From positions 1 to 64,000 of the IMG/VR virus record IMGVR_UViG_3300020385_000006: a stretch of 64,000 nucleotides of DNA; one strand, written 5' to 3'. Shown one piece after another: positions 28,848 through 38,982 of this stretch. How positions within the stretch are numbered: the first letter of the stretch is position 1; every line of letters begins with the position of its first letter. The stretch comes from an uncultured virus (IMG/VR IMGVR_UViG_3300020385_000006). Taxonomy: Duplodnaviria > Heunggongvirae > Uroviricota > Caudoviricetes. The position numbers and the translations under genes are program-made. The notes beneath the pieces are model-generated. The model worked only from the letters and a program-made list of their open reading frames with translations, searched no databases and was not told where the DNA came from.

Positions 28848-29839
28848 ATTGTATAGTCCTTATATTCGTAAAATTTACCTTTATTTTGTATTAAACATGA
28901 TATGTTATGTTGTGATAATTGTTTAAACTTTTTAAAATTATTATTTTTGTCTGGTGTGAATGAATGCGGATTGGTTTCATTTGCTATATATAATCTTTTC
29001 CTAGGATGGCGCCTCGCATGAACATGTAATATATTTTTACAAATAAATTGCTTGAATTGATCACCGAGTAATTTTTGCGCCATGATAGCCAAACCTTCAT
29101 CATCATTATATATTAAACATGGCGGAATATTAATTCCTGACTTGATTAAATCAGCTGATAATACTAAACATGCTCCGCTAATTTTTGGATATGGTATATA
29201 GCTAATCTCAAATGATGATTTAGCTTCAGAATTAATTTTATTCATCTTTTCTATAGACATTACCGACTTTGCTTGATTTGGGTTTAAATGACTATCAGGT
29301 CCATCTTTAAACTCATGATCTATAAATTTAGGATGTACTAACGGATCCCAAGAATTATCCCACATCTTACGATCTGCAAAGCTTAAAATATATCGATGTA
29401 TATTCTGCGTATCTGTATAATTAGCTAATGTTTCAATTACTTCAAATGCTTCTTTTGGAAATAAGCTATCTGTTTCTCCCCACATCACATAATCTACATG
29501 TTTACAGTAATTGTAATTTAAATCACGACGATAATCAGCATGGTAATAAACTCCATCTATAGTATCATGATATTTAATATTCGTATTGTATTTATGTAAT
29601 CGAGCTACTTGTGTTTTAAACTTTGAAATTAATTCTGATTTAGATATTTGTTCTACATCAATTTTTTCTATATGTTCAGATGTATTAAAACAAATATCAA
29701 GAATAACATTTTCATGATTATCAACGTCGGACATTAGATTTAAAATACCATCCACATATGTTTTGAAAATTTCAATTTCAAAATACATGACATGTACTCC
29801 AATTACATATTGTTTATTCAACTGCATAATGCTCTCCAT
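28844..29839 (-). CDS. putative GT-A fold glycosyltransferase
   Basis: WGETDS (DxD-like), NDDEG; context within sugar island. Confidence 0.5.
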   Translation of the reverse strand: MESIMQLNKQYVIGVHVMYFEIEIFKTYVDGILNLMSDVDNHENVILDICFNTSEHIEKIDVEQISKSELISKFKTQVARLHKYNTNIKYHDTIDGVYYHADYRRDLNYNYCKHVDYVMWGETDSLFPKEAFEVIETLANYTDTQNIHRYILSFADRKMWDNSWDPLVHPKFIDHEFKDGPDSHLNPNQAKSVMSIEKMNKINSEAKSSFEISYIPYPKISGACLVLSADLIKSGINIPPCLIYNDDEGLAIMAQKLLGDQFKQFICKNILHVHARRHPRKRLYIANETNPHSFTPDKNNNFKKFKQLSQHNISCLIQNKGKFYEYKDYTI

Positions 29840-30561
29840 GTTTTTTCCATAAAATAATCTCTTTTTTCGTCCGGCATGCCGTTAAATTGGTAAATACCTT
29901 TGAAACACTTAGCAAATGTCAAATCATCGTCTAATATTTCAAATCGTGGCAAATCTACTGCACAAAATTCATACGGCAGATATGTTAACGACTCATCTGA
30001 AGCATGAGTGAGATGATTAATAATTGGCTGATCTGTTCCTACTCCATATGTTGTCTGCATATATTGTATTTGGTCTTTATGTTCCAAATAAAAATCTAAA
30101 TATCCTTTCCATATATGTTTTTGATTTTTATTAGTTATCTGAAATCCTCCACAGAAGTATTTGAAAATATCAAATGTCTTTCCATTAAACATATGTGTTG
30201 AATAATTTTCCATACTACGGCAAATCCAGTCCATGCTCCCGAAAGCTCTTGCAACTGTATATTTATCATCAGTCATATCAAAGAAATTTGGTGTATCCGG
30301 ATGAATTATACAATCAGCATCTGTTATTAATACTTGATCATATTCAATGCCACTATGATCTAAAATATCCATAGCATAATACCGTTGCCATGTTATTTTC
30401 ATTTCATCTGAAGAACATGCTAACTTATCCATGACAACCAACTCGGCATTATTTTTTTTACACCATTGTTTCCAACTATCAATGCCATAACGATAACATT
30501 GACTTCTAGTTTCTTCGCCCGGAATTGTTACCGCGGCCATAAATACTACATTTTTACTCAT
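29818..30561 (-). CDS. GT34/GT8-like glycosyltransferase
   Basis: WKQWCKKN, TDADC, GTDQPIIN. Confidence 0.7.
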   Translation of the reverse strand: MSKNVVFMAAVTIPGEETRSQCYRYGIDSWKQWCKKNNAELVVMDKLACSSDEMKITWQRYYAMDILDHSGIEYDQVLITDADCIIHPDTPNFFDMTDDKYTVARAFGSMDWICRSMENYSTHMFNGKTFDIFKYFCGGFQITNKNQKHIWKGYLDFYLEHKDQIQYMQTTYGVGTDQPIINHLTHASDESLTYLPYEFCAVDLPRFEILDDDLTFAKCFKGIYQFNGMPDEKRDYFMEKTWRALCS

Positions 30562-31339
30562 AATTATGTTTTATTAAATCCCATGTCTGTTTCATTAAGG
30601 GATATCGTTGAGTTCTATCAAATCCACTAAATTTCCAAATATATCCATACTTTATAAAAAATGGAGTGGTATTAGTTTTCAATTGCCAGTTATACGAAAA
30701 CCAATCAAATCGGTTTAAATGATTTAACATAAAAGCCGGAGATAATCCTAAATGAATATCAATATCATGGATTTGTAATAAAAAGTTATATATTGGTTGA
30801 TCAGTACCTCTTTTAATCGTATCCTGACATTCCATTATTGTATTAAAATTATCATCATGGTATTTTTCTAATATATCTAGGAAAGGTTTATGTGATTTAT
30901 CAAATACTTGGAATCCGCAATCTATATATTTAGTTATATCAAAATCAAAATTATCGAAAACAGTTTTATATCCTTGTACACACTCATAGACCCATTTTAA
31001 ATTTTCTAATGACCTATATATAGTAACCTTATCATTAGGACATTCTTTAAAGAAGTTAGGTGCATCCCATTTAATCATAGTACTACCATCTACTACACAT
31101 ATTTTATCAAAATTAATATTCGCAGTTTCTAGACAAGGAAATACATCAAACCAACGAGTCCAAGTAGTTCCATTTTTTTCACTGAGAGGGGTATTATATT
31201 CGTAAAATATAATATCATTTTTCTTGCACCAATATTCCCAACATTTTTTCGAATATTGGAAATATTCAAAACCTCCATGTTTTTTATTAAGCAAGGCATT
31301 GGAACTTTTAACTCCGACCCAAAATAATACATTTTTCAT
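30554..31339 (-). CDS. GT34/GT8-like glycosyltransferase (paralog of 29818-30561)
   Basis: WEYWCKKN, VDGST, GTDQPIYN, MKQTWDL. Confidence 0.7.
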   Translation of the reverse strand: MKNVLFWVGVKSSNALLNKKHGGFEYFQYSKKCWEYWCKKNDIIFYEYNTPLSEKNGTTWTRWFDVFPCLETANINFDKICVVDGSTMIKWDAPNFFKECPNDKVTIYRSLENLKWVYECVQGYKTVFDNFDFDITKYIDCGFQVFDKSHKPFLDILEKYHDDNFNTIMECQDTIKRGTDQPIYNFLLQIHDIDIHLGLSPAFMLNHLNRFDWFSYNWQLKTNTTPFFIKYGYIWKFSGFDRTQRYPLMKQTWDLIKHNYE

Positions 31340-31342
31340 ATT

Positions 31343-32254
31343 CTACCTTCCTAAATATTTTGTTACTACCTTGACCCAATTATAATAATAATCATCAGCT
31401 CTAACTGCTCCGCGGCCACCATGATGTATAAATGGCTTACCATTAATAAATCCTTCATCGCCATGGCTTATATTTAATGCATGTTGTGCTTTTAAAGATC
31501 GGTCTTCTGTGCTATTTTTACAAATATAAAATGGTTGGTTAGTTTCGCGTGCCCATAACGAGATCAAACCATATGTATCTTTATAATGACAATTAGGATA
31601 TAGATCACCCTCTTCTTTAAAATAGTTATTTTCTATAGTAGACCGTTCCATCAATCCAAATTGAGGTGTAAGTGCTTGATCTATATCATGTCTCCATCGA
31701 TATGATACAAATACATTTTCTTTAAGCAATGGCAATAATTCATCTACCCATGTATTTAAAAATACACAATCATGTTCAACATGACATATATATTTGCCAT
31801 TACCTTGTTTAACTCCAATTGTCATACCTGTTGATTGTAACCAACTATTAAAGCCTAATTCTCTTCTATCATATTTTGAGTAGCCATCCCAACCATAATT
31901 ATCAATAAAATATTGTTGAGAATATTTTCCATGCATACCATCTGTTCTTGCAGGAACTATAGATCCATCATCGTCATTAACTTGATTAACTCCTTTTATA
32001 ACTTTCACATGTGGTTCATCTTTAAACATGTCATGCAACTTTATTAGGTCAGGACTATCATCTGAGTTATTACCATTATTGACAACATAATATGTATAAG
32101 GATACTTAACATACTTTTTAATGCTCTCATGGATTAGCTTTACATAATCTAATCGTTTATAAGTAACGGTTACAAAATCTATACTATCAATCATTTTCAT
32201 AAATTTTATCTCCCATGGGGTCAGATTGTTTCCATGTAGCAAATACATTTTCAC
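31343..32254 (-). CDS. glycosyltransferase family 2-like (start probably MKMIDS near 32200)
   Basis: FVTVTY, YVVNNG, VEHDCVF. Confidence 0.65.
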   Translation of the reverse strand: MKMYLLHGNNLTPWEIKFMKMIDSIDFVTVTYKRLDYVKLIHESIKKYVKYPYTYYVVNNGNNSDDSPDLIKLHDMFKDEPHVKVIKGVNQVNDDDGSIVPARTDGMHGKYSQQYFIDNYGWDGYSKYDRRELGFNSWLQSTGMTIGVKQGNGKYICHVEHDCVFLNTWVDELLPLLKENVFVSYRWRHDIDQALTPQFGLMERSTIENNYFKEEGDLYPNCHYKDTYGLISLWARETNQPFYICKNSTEDRSLKAQHALNISHGDEGFINGKPFIHHGGRGAVRADDYYYNWVKVVTKYLGR

Positions 32255-32801
32255 CTTCCACTGGTATATCTGCTTTACGACCTTCTAAATTTAATGAAAT
32301 AGGGATTTCCCACGTCTCTGCTTGAGAATAATCCCATATATCACCATGTGATACTCTCCTAGGCGTCCATGGATGTACTGCTGTCAATCCAACCTTTTCT
32401 AATAATTTAGTTAACGATCTTTTATCATAAATTAAATAATGACATTCATATTCATATGATTGGCCGCCCATGACTAGACCTAATATATTTTCTATACGTT
32501 TTCCACATTTCTGATACACCTCAATTGCCTTTTCAAAATCTGGCGTTGCTATACGTAACATACCTCCTGGTTTCAGAACTCGAACCCATTCCTTTAATAC
32601 TTGTTCTATTTCATCACGCTTCACATGTTCTATTACGTGTGATGCATAAACTATATCAAATGTATTATCTGGAAAATTTAATATATCTATTCCGGAAATA
32701 TGGTCTACTCCAGGCATATCTCTTCCATCTAAATTCTCCCATGGAGATGGAAATATAGTACTACCACATCCAATATTTAAATATCTCACTTCTTTTGTCA
32801 T
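32187..32801 (-). CDS. class I SAM-dependent methyltransferase
   Basis: LNIGCG, YASHVIEH, RVLKPGG. Confidence 0.9.
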   Translation of the reverse strand: MTKEVRYLNIGCGSTIFPSPWENLDGRDMPGVDHISGIDILNFPDNTFDIVYASHVIEHVKRDEIEQVLKEWVRVLKPGGMLRIATPDFEKAIEVYQKCGKRIENILGLVMGGQSYEYECHYLIYDKRSLTKLLEKVGLTAVHPWTPRRVSHGDIWDYSQAETWEIPISLNLEGRKADIPVEGENVFATWKQSDPMGDKIYEND

Positions 32802-33949
32802 TTAAAATCCTTAATTGTTTTAATAATATACGATACATCTTCATCACTTAATGATTGATGTAATGGAATACATAATGTATGATTAGCCGCATATTCTGTA
32901 CCTGGTAGTTTATTACCAGATGTCTGAAAATATTTTACCCAATGCAATGGATAATATCTAAATGTAGTATATATACCATTTTTTCGTAAATATTTAGCTA
33001 ATCTATCTCTATGTTCTGTCTGTATATGATACATATAATATGAACTGGTTACACTACGTGGCAAATTATTTGGCACATCTAACCAATCTATATCTTTAAA
33101 CATTTCTGTATATATATCATGTATTAATTTACGACGGTCTAATTGCGAATCAATTTTTTTTAATTGTTCAATGCCTATCGCTGCTTGTATATCATTTGTA
33201 ATACATCTTCTTCCTGGCACTGATATATCATATTCCCACCATTTCTGATCTACACTGTTAGAAAATCCACTATTTGTTTTTAAACCTAAATATGTGGCAT
33301 GTGTCAATCGTTGTATATCTTTTTTATCATTACAATAAATCATACCGCCATCACCCATTACTAATTGTTTCATAGAATCAAATGACCATAAACCAATATC
33401 ACCAAATGTACCAGTTGATTTACCGTAAACTTTACTAAATGGGCTATTAGCATTATCCTCTATTAATTTGATATTACGTTGACTACAAAGGTTTGTTATA
33501 CGTTCGATATCACATGGTACGCCGGCGAAATGTAACACTATAACAGCTTTTGTTTTATCAGTAATTTTACTTTCGATATGATCAAGCTCTACATTCAATG
33601 TCCTAGAGTTTACATCACAAAATACCGGCGTTGCATTTTTTGCAACAATTGCATTAGCTGCTCCTATAAAACTAACAGATGGTAATATTACTTCATCACC
33701 TTCATTTACATATAAGTCTATTGATTGGAATAATCCTTCTGTGCAACTTGATATTGTTAACAAATTCTCTGGCGATGCAGGTGTACATGCAACGCCATGA
33801 TAACAATTAGTTATTAATTTTCTGGCAAAGTCTTCTTTAAACTGATCTGTTTTAGGGCCTTTGCCTAACCAATTTGAATCAAATACTTCTTTTATCGCAT
33901 TTAATTCTTCATTGCCTAAAGATGGTTGATATATATTAATTGGTTTCAT
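32798..33949 (-). CDS. DegT/DnrJ/EryC1/StrS sugar aminotransferase
   Basis: SSCTEGL, IEDNA, SFDSMK (PLP Lys), GDGG; promoter at 33957-33987. Confidence 0.9.
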   Translation of the reverse strand: MKPINIYQPSLGNEELNAIKEVFDSNWLGKGPKTDQFKEDFARKLITNCYHGVACTPASPENLLTISSCTEGLFQSIDLYVNEGDEVILPSVSFIGAANAIVAKNATPVFCDVNSRTLNVELDHIESKITDKTKAVIVLHFAGVPCDIERITNLCSQRNIKLIEDNANSPFSKVYGKSTGTFGDIGLWSFDSMKQLVMGDGGMIYCNDKKDIQRLTHATYLGLKTNSGFSNSVDQKWWEYDISVPGRRCITNDIQAAIGIEQLKKIDSQLDRRKLIHDIYTEMFKDIDWLDVPNNLPRSVTSSYYMYHIQTEHRDRLAKYLRKNGIYTTFRYYPLHWVKYFQTSGNKLPGTEYAANHTLCIPLHQSLSDEDVSYIIKTIKDFK

Positions 33950-33988
33950 ATTATACTTAATATAACAAATTATTTTTAATTATCAAAA

Positions 33989-34213
33989 TTAATCTTCTGA
34001 AAAAACTTCTATACATAATACTTTCTCATCATTAATGAATAGCCACCGGCCATCTCTTAATTTAAATTTAGTAAACTGACCTTGTTTTATTGAATCAGAT
34101 TGTATGCCAGTAAACGTACGTTTAGTGCCGTCTACAAAATGAATAATTTGTGTTACAAATGTTCCTACATCATTTACTGTGGATTGTAGATCTTTTATTT
34201 TATTTGGGCTCAT
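33989..34213 (-). CDS. hypothetical protein
   Basis: ORF track 74 aa. Confidence 0.65.
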   Translation of the reverse strand: MSPNKIKDLQSTVNDVGTFVTQIIHFVDGTKRTFTGIQSDSIKQGQFTKFKLRDGRWLFINDEKVLCIEVFSED

Positions 34214-34875
34214 ATTGTTTTATTGTTTTTTTGTTCAGATTGTAACCTGTTAATTATTTTATTACACATCAATGATATCGTTTTATTATATTCATAATCT
34301 GGAGTACCATATAACACTTGGTCTATCATATCAGATAACGCGTCATTACTATTTTCTGTGTTAGTAAAATCTATGTCATTAATTTTATGTATTCTATTAT
34401 CTGATACGTTGTATGTAAACTTTATATCTTCGTAAGGATATTTCCAATACGGCCATAGTAAATATAAGTCGTGATATAGCAAATCATATAACGTGTTATC
34501 ACTTATCTTATTCCATCTAACGGTTATAGGTTTAGTTAAATTCTTGATATGCTTTTTTTCTGTTCTATAATTAAATACATCATCTACATATAATTTAACG
34601 CCATATTCATCTGCTAAATCAAATAATTCTTTTGATTGTTCATATGTAAGAGTCAATGGCTTTTCACAGAATACATTTTTTCTATGCATGATACATTGCT
34701 TGACTATATCATAATGTGTATTATTAGGCGTGGCAACAAATGCCCAATCAATAGAATCTAATTTAGATATATACTCATCTTTACTAGTACATATAAATAC
34801 TATATTACATATAGATTTTAATTTACGTTCAAGTATCTTACCCCAATATCCATGACCTAATAAACCTACTCGCAT
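34210..34875 (-). CDS. Gfo/Idh/MocA oxidoreductase
   Basis: GHGYWG, VATPNNTH, CEKP, HDL. Confidence 0.85.
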   Translation of the reverse strand: MRVGLLGHGYWGKILERKLKSICNIVFICTSKDEYISKLDSIDWAFVATPNNTHYDIVKQCIMHRKNVFCEKPLTLTYEQSKELFDLADEYGVKLYVDDVFNYRTEKKHIKNLTKPITVRWNKISDNTLYDLLYHDLYLLWPYWKYPYEDIKFTYNVSDNRIHKINDIDFTNTENSNDALSDMIDQVLYGTPDYEYNKTISLMCNKIINRLQSEQKNNKTI

Positions 34876-35843
34876 ACCATCCTCTTTATCTCTTGTCCTA
34901 ATTTATGACATGTTGAAACTTTACCAGATAATACATTTATGACTTTTGGATGTTCTTTATATGTAAATATTTCTGATAACCTTTCATCGTTATTATTTAT
35001 TGGCAACGCTCTTTCTGTTCTCCAATAACCTAACCGTTCTACATTTTTTAGAAATGGTAAATACTTTTCTGACTCTGAATAAATTGTATCAATATCTAAT
35101 TTTCCATTTTTCATTAATGAATGTTTAACACTGTATAATAAAAATTCGTTTGGATTATTTCCTTTTGGCATTACACTACAAAATGGCCCATCCATGATAG
35201 TTACTCCAAATGGTTTTGATTTCATTTTAAAATATGGAATAACTACATCTTGTAATTTTAATTTTAATTCAGGTACTCCTAACAATTTATTAACTTTATT
35301 TATACTTGCATATGTCGTATTTATTAAATAATCACAATCATCTATATTACCATCAAATTTAGTATTAAATTTTATATCAATATCTTTAACAAATTCTTTT
35401 ACTAATGATTTTAAAATATCATAATCAAATATACATTCGTCCGTATTAATAGATAAATCAATTAAATTGTTATTAACTAATGAATTATCTGGTATATCAT
35501 ATGTATAATCTATTTGAACATTATTACAGAAGTTAATATATTGATCCCGAGATATATGACTATCATTCTTAGCTATCATATAATAGTTTGGGAAATGAGA
35601 TACTATAGCTTCTTTATAGTTAGTAAGGAATGATACTAATCCATCTAAACTTTGTTCAGCAGTTTCCTTACTTCTAGGATAGTGATATCCCAGATGGAGC
35701 CTATTATGATTACATTTTGAAGCTCGTTGCATAATATCCGAGTCTTGTTCGATTATTACTACATTATGGCCGGCTCGTTGTAATTCATATCCGATAACAC
35801 ATCCAAATAATCCAGCTCCTATTATTTTTATTTTTTTACTCAT
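34866..35843 (-). CDS. FAD-dependent oxidoreductase (start revised to MSKKIK)
   Basis: IIGAGLFG, ASKCNHNRLHLGYHYPRS, SGK. Confidence 0.85.
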   Translation of the reverse strand: MSKKIKIIGAGLFGCVIGYELQRAGHNVVIIEQDSDIMQRASKCNHNRLHLGYHYPRSKETAEQSLDGLVSFLTNYKEAIVSHFPNYYMIAKNDSHISRDQYINFCNNVQIDYTYDIPDNSLVNNNLIDLSINTDECIFDYDILKSLVKEFVKDIDIKFNTKFDGNIDDCDYLINTTYASINKVNKLLGVPELKLKLQDVVIPYFKMKSKPFGVTIMDGPFCSVMPKGNNPNEFLLYSVKHSLMKNGKLDIDTIYSESEKYLPFLKNVERLGYWRTERALPINNNDERLSEIFTYKEHPKVINVLSGKVSTCHKLGQEIKRMVCE

Positions 35844-36861
35844 TTGATATTGAATCCATATTACTAAAAATATTGTACCAGTACATGCATAATTTATGAT
35901 AATCATATTCTAATGTATATGTACTCCTCATATTATCATTAATATAAGAAAAATTATTATAATTTACTAATACTTTCTCTAATTGTTCAATTAAATTTGA
36001 ACAATCGTAATTAAATGGAATATATGTCTCATTTTCCTTCCATACATTTGAACCAAAATCGAATCGGGACATATCTTCTTTGCAAATGATAGTACCTAAC
36101 TGCATAGCTTCTCCATCACCCTGACGTATTTCTCCCATACCAAAAGGTGAGATACATATTTTTGAATTATATAAAGTTTGTATATATTCATTAAATGGTA
36201 ATTGTCCAGTAACTATACGATACTTATCTGATATTTTATCTAACTCTGTAAATATATCTTTTCTATGTGATATATACATTTCATCATTACGTACTAAATG
36301 ATCATAACTTACATCTCCATCTGCTCTAAAAATAGCACAAACGTCTATTGGTTTTTCTTTACTAGGCTCATATAAATTTCTATGACTTGGAACATTACTC
36401 ATCATGTTCCATCCAGTCAGTTTAATTCGATCCCATTTATCAACTGGAATATCATATGATAAATCTAAATCAGAGTTATTCCCAAAGTACCATTTATTAA
36501 ATGCTTTAGGTATTTTATAATCATTTTTATTTCTATGTAGTTGATTTTTAAATAAGTATATAGCATTGCTCTGATCAAATACTTCATATGCGCCCATTAG
36601 CGAATGAGAATCGGATCCATCAAATAAAAAGTAATCACCGGTAATTTTTGATAAGTTTTCTAATCCTTTATCAATGCTATCTTGTAATGAAACTCGTTTA
36701 TCAATAAAATCTGACATTCCGATAAATAAATAATCATAATCATCGGATTCGGTGATATCAATACTATAATCACGTAACATGTCTTTAACAAATAATAACG
36801 GGCGAAATGTTGGTTCATTTCTACCTACAAATGGATTTTGAATCTTTATTTTAAGACTCAT
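35836..36861 (-). CDS. GT-B glycosyltransferase-like protein
   Basis: C-terminal SKICISPFGMGE and ETYIP. Confidence 0.7.
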   Translation of the reverse strand: MSLKIKIQNPFVGRNEPTFRPLLFVKDMLRDYSIDITESDDYDYLFIGMSDFIDKRVSLQDSIDKGLENLSKITGDYFLFDGSDSHSLMGAYEVFDQSNAIYLFKNQLHRNKNDYKIPKAFNKWYFGNNSDLDLSYDIPVDKWDRIKLTGWNMMSNVPSHRNLYEPSKEKPIDVCAIFRADGDVSYDHLVRNDEMYISHRKDIFTELDKISDKYRIVTGQLPFNEYIQTLYNSKICISPFGMGEIRQGDGEAMQLGTIICKEDMSRFDFGSNVWKENETYIPFNYDCSNLIEQLEKVLVNYNNFSYINDNMRSTYTLEYDYHKLCMYWYNIFSNMDSISNE

Positions 36862-37867
36862 TTTCAACTCCATTTAAGTTCGCGAACATGTTATACCAAT
36901 ACATGCATACATTTTCATATGAGTACATCTCTACTAATTTTTTTCTAGCATTTTCTAAAATATGTAAATAATCGTTATAATTTCCTAATACCTTTTCAAT
37001 TGTTTCATTTAAATCTGACCAATCAGGTTTTACTGGAATATACGTTTCCCATGGTTTATAAAAATCTGGTTTTGTTATTACTTTACTCATATCTGGCTTT
37101 ATTAATAATGAACCGTGTTGAATGATTTCTAAATCACGGTAACAAACTTCGCATTGACCATATGGTGATATTCCTATTTTAGATCGACTCATTATGTCAG
37201 TCGTTACCTGTGGATGTAACTTTTCAGCTACTATTTTATATTTATTTGATATTTTATTTAACTCATTCCATGCACCTAATCTATGATTAGTATATAATGC
37301 ACCACTCTCAACAGCGTCAAACTCCCATGCTTCACCTGGATGATAAGTTTGCCATACAGCGCAGATATCTAAATCTTTTTCTTTGATAGGCCGCAACTGT
37401 TGCATTTGTGGCCAATTATGACATACCGTATATCCTAATAAATTAATACGGGCATATTCTTCATCGGATATATCATAACCTTTATCTAATTTAGATCCAT
37501 TTCCAAAAAACCATTTACCAGCCGCAGTCGGTTCTTTATAATCTTGTTGTGATAGCATAGATTTTTTAAGCAACGATATCGCATTCGATTCTTTAAGAAC
37601 TTCATAGGCACCTACTATATCAGTCGCGCCGCCGCCATGGACTAGAAAATAATCTCCAGATTTATTAGCTAATGCATTTATCCCTAACTCTATACTCTCT
37701 TCTAATGGTTTCCTTTTAAACATCCATTGATTCATATCAATTAATTCATAATCATAATCATTAGAATTAGTTAATTGTATACTGTATTGAGGTAACATGT
37801 TTTGTGCAATTAGTAATGCACCAAAACATTTAATGTTTTTTGGGTCTGATAATTTTACTTTAATCAT
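36851..37867 (-). CDS. GT-B glycosyltransferase-like protein (paralog of 35836-36861)
   Basis: SKIGISPYGQCEVCYRDLE and ETYIP; shared CMYWYN C-terminus. Confidence 0.7.
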   Translation of the reverse strand: MIKVKLSDPKNIKCFGALLIAQNMLPQYSIQLTNSNDYDYELIDMNQWMFKRKPLEESIELGINALANKSGDYFLVHGGGATDIVGAYEVLKESNAISLLKKSMLSQQDYKEPTAAGKWFFGNGSKLDKGYDISDEEYARINLLGYTVCHNWPQMQQLRPIKEKDLDICAVWQTYHPGEAWEFDAVESGALYTNHRLGAWNELNKISNKYKIVAEKLHPQVTTDIMSRSKIGISPYGQCEVCYRDLEIIQHGSLLIKPDMSKVITKPDFYKPWETYIPVKPDWSDLNETIEKVLGNYNDYLHILENARKKLVEMYSYENVCMYWYNMFANLNGVENES

Positions 37868-37880
37868 TAACTATACTTTT

Positions 37881-38513
37881 TTATATTGTATCATAAAATT
37901 TATTCTGCTCTTCTTGCCTTCCTATATCCTTTGCATGGTATAACGCATATTTTTCCTCGGCTGGTAAGTTAGCAAATTTAGTATATCCTTTCAATTGTTC
38001 ATGTACGGGCTTTATCCAATATATATGTTCTGAATTTTTATATAATCGCATTTGCCAGTCCGGAAAGTTTACCCAATTGTTCTCATCTACGCGCCAGCCC
38101 CATTTTTGTATATGAGAATCTGTGATGCCTGCTACTGTATTCACTCTTGGTATCCAATAAGCCTCTGTATCTGGATTAGCTTCTAAAATAAATGGGAGTG
38201 CTTCAATGAGGTATTCGTTTGGTAGTTCATCTGCATCAATTTGAAATATCCAATCTCCTTTACAATTTGAATTCAATTTATTTTTATATTGAGCAAAGTT
38301 TTTATTTAATGCATATGAATAATGATGATAACCGGCGTATTGAACCTTGCTTTCATGACTTTCTAATACATCATAAACTTCTACTGTAGTTTTACCGTTA
38401 TCTGTCTGTACTACAATTTCATCCTGTTCTCGTTTATGTTTTATCAGAAATTGTAATAATTTATCTAACTCTTTATGTTCATTCCAAGCAGTAATTGCAT
38501 AACTAATCTTCAT
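37881..38513 (-). CDS. glycosyltransferase family 2
   Basis: GDWIFQIDADE, PDWQMR, VHEQL. Confidence 0.85.
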   Translation of the reverse strand: MKISYAITAWNEHKELDKLLQFLIKHKREQDEIVVQTDNGKTTVEVYDVLESHESKVQYAGYHHYSYALNKNFAQYKNKLNSNCKGDWIFQIDADELPNEYLIEALPFILEANPDTEAYWIPRVNTVAGITDSHIQKWGWRVDENNWVNFPDWQMRLYKNSEHIYWIKPVHEQLKGYTKFANLPAEEKYALYHAKDIGRQEEQNKFYDTI

Positions 38514-38982
38514 TATTTACCTCCAATACTATCGAATACAGTTCATCTAATGCGGCTTTAAAGTTATACTTGCCATATGTCTTAGCATTATCAACATCTA
38601 GCCTTGAAGGAAAATATTCACCAGGTTTATTTGGTATTGGATATTTTAATTGTTCTTCTTCATTCATGTCAATAACAGATGCTATTTTCCATACAAGTTC
38701 ATTATCCTTAGGCTCGCAGTATATCATACCACCGGGTAAATTTATAAAAGTAGGATACCATACACATCCCAATTCTATATCAACATGTTTCATTTCACTC
38801 ATATACTCGGTAATAGTTGATTCAAATTTTGTAATATGATCAGAATTAATTTTTAGATAATCATTAGTTGTATATCCAGATTCCATGCATATACGCGATT
38901 CAATATTTGTATTTTCATCAGCCTCTATTAATACACATTTATTACCTGTGATAGGTGATATTTCATCGTAATTTAAATTCAT
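38503..38982 (-). CDS. hypothetical protein
   Basis: ORF track 159 aa. Confidence 0.7.
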   Translation of the reverse strand: MNLNYDEISPITGNKCVLIEADENTNIESRICMESGYTTNDYLKINSDHITKFESTITEYMSEMKHVDIELGCVWYPTFINLPGGMIYCEPKDNELVWKIASVIDMNEEEQLKYPIPNKPGEYFPSRLDVDNAKTYGKYNFKAALDELYSIVLEVNNED

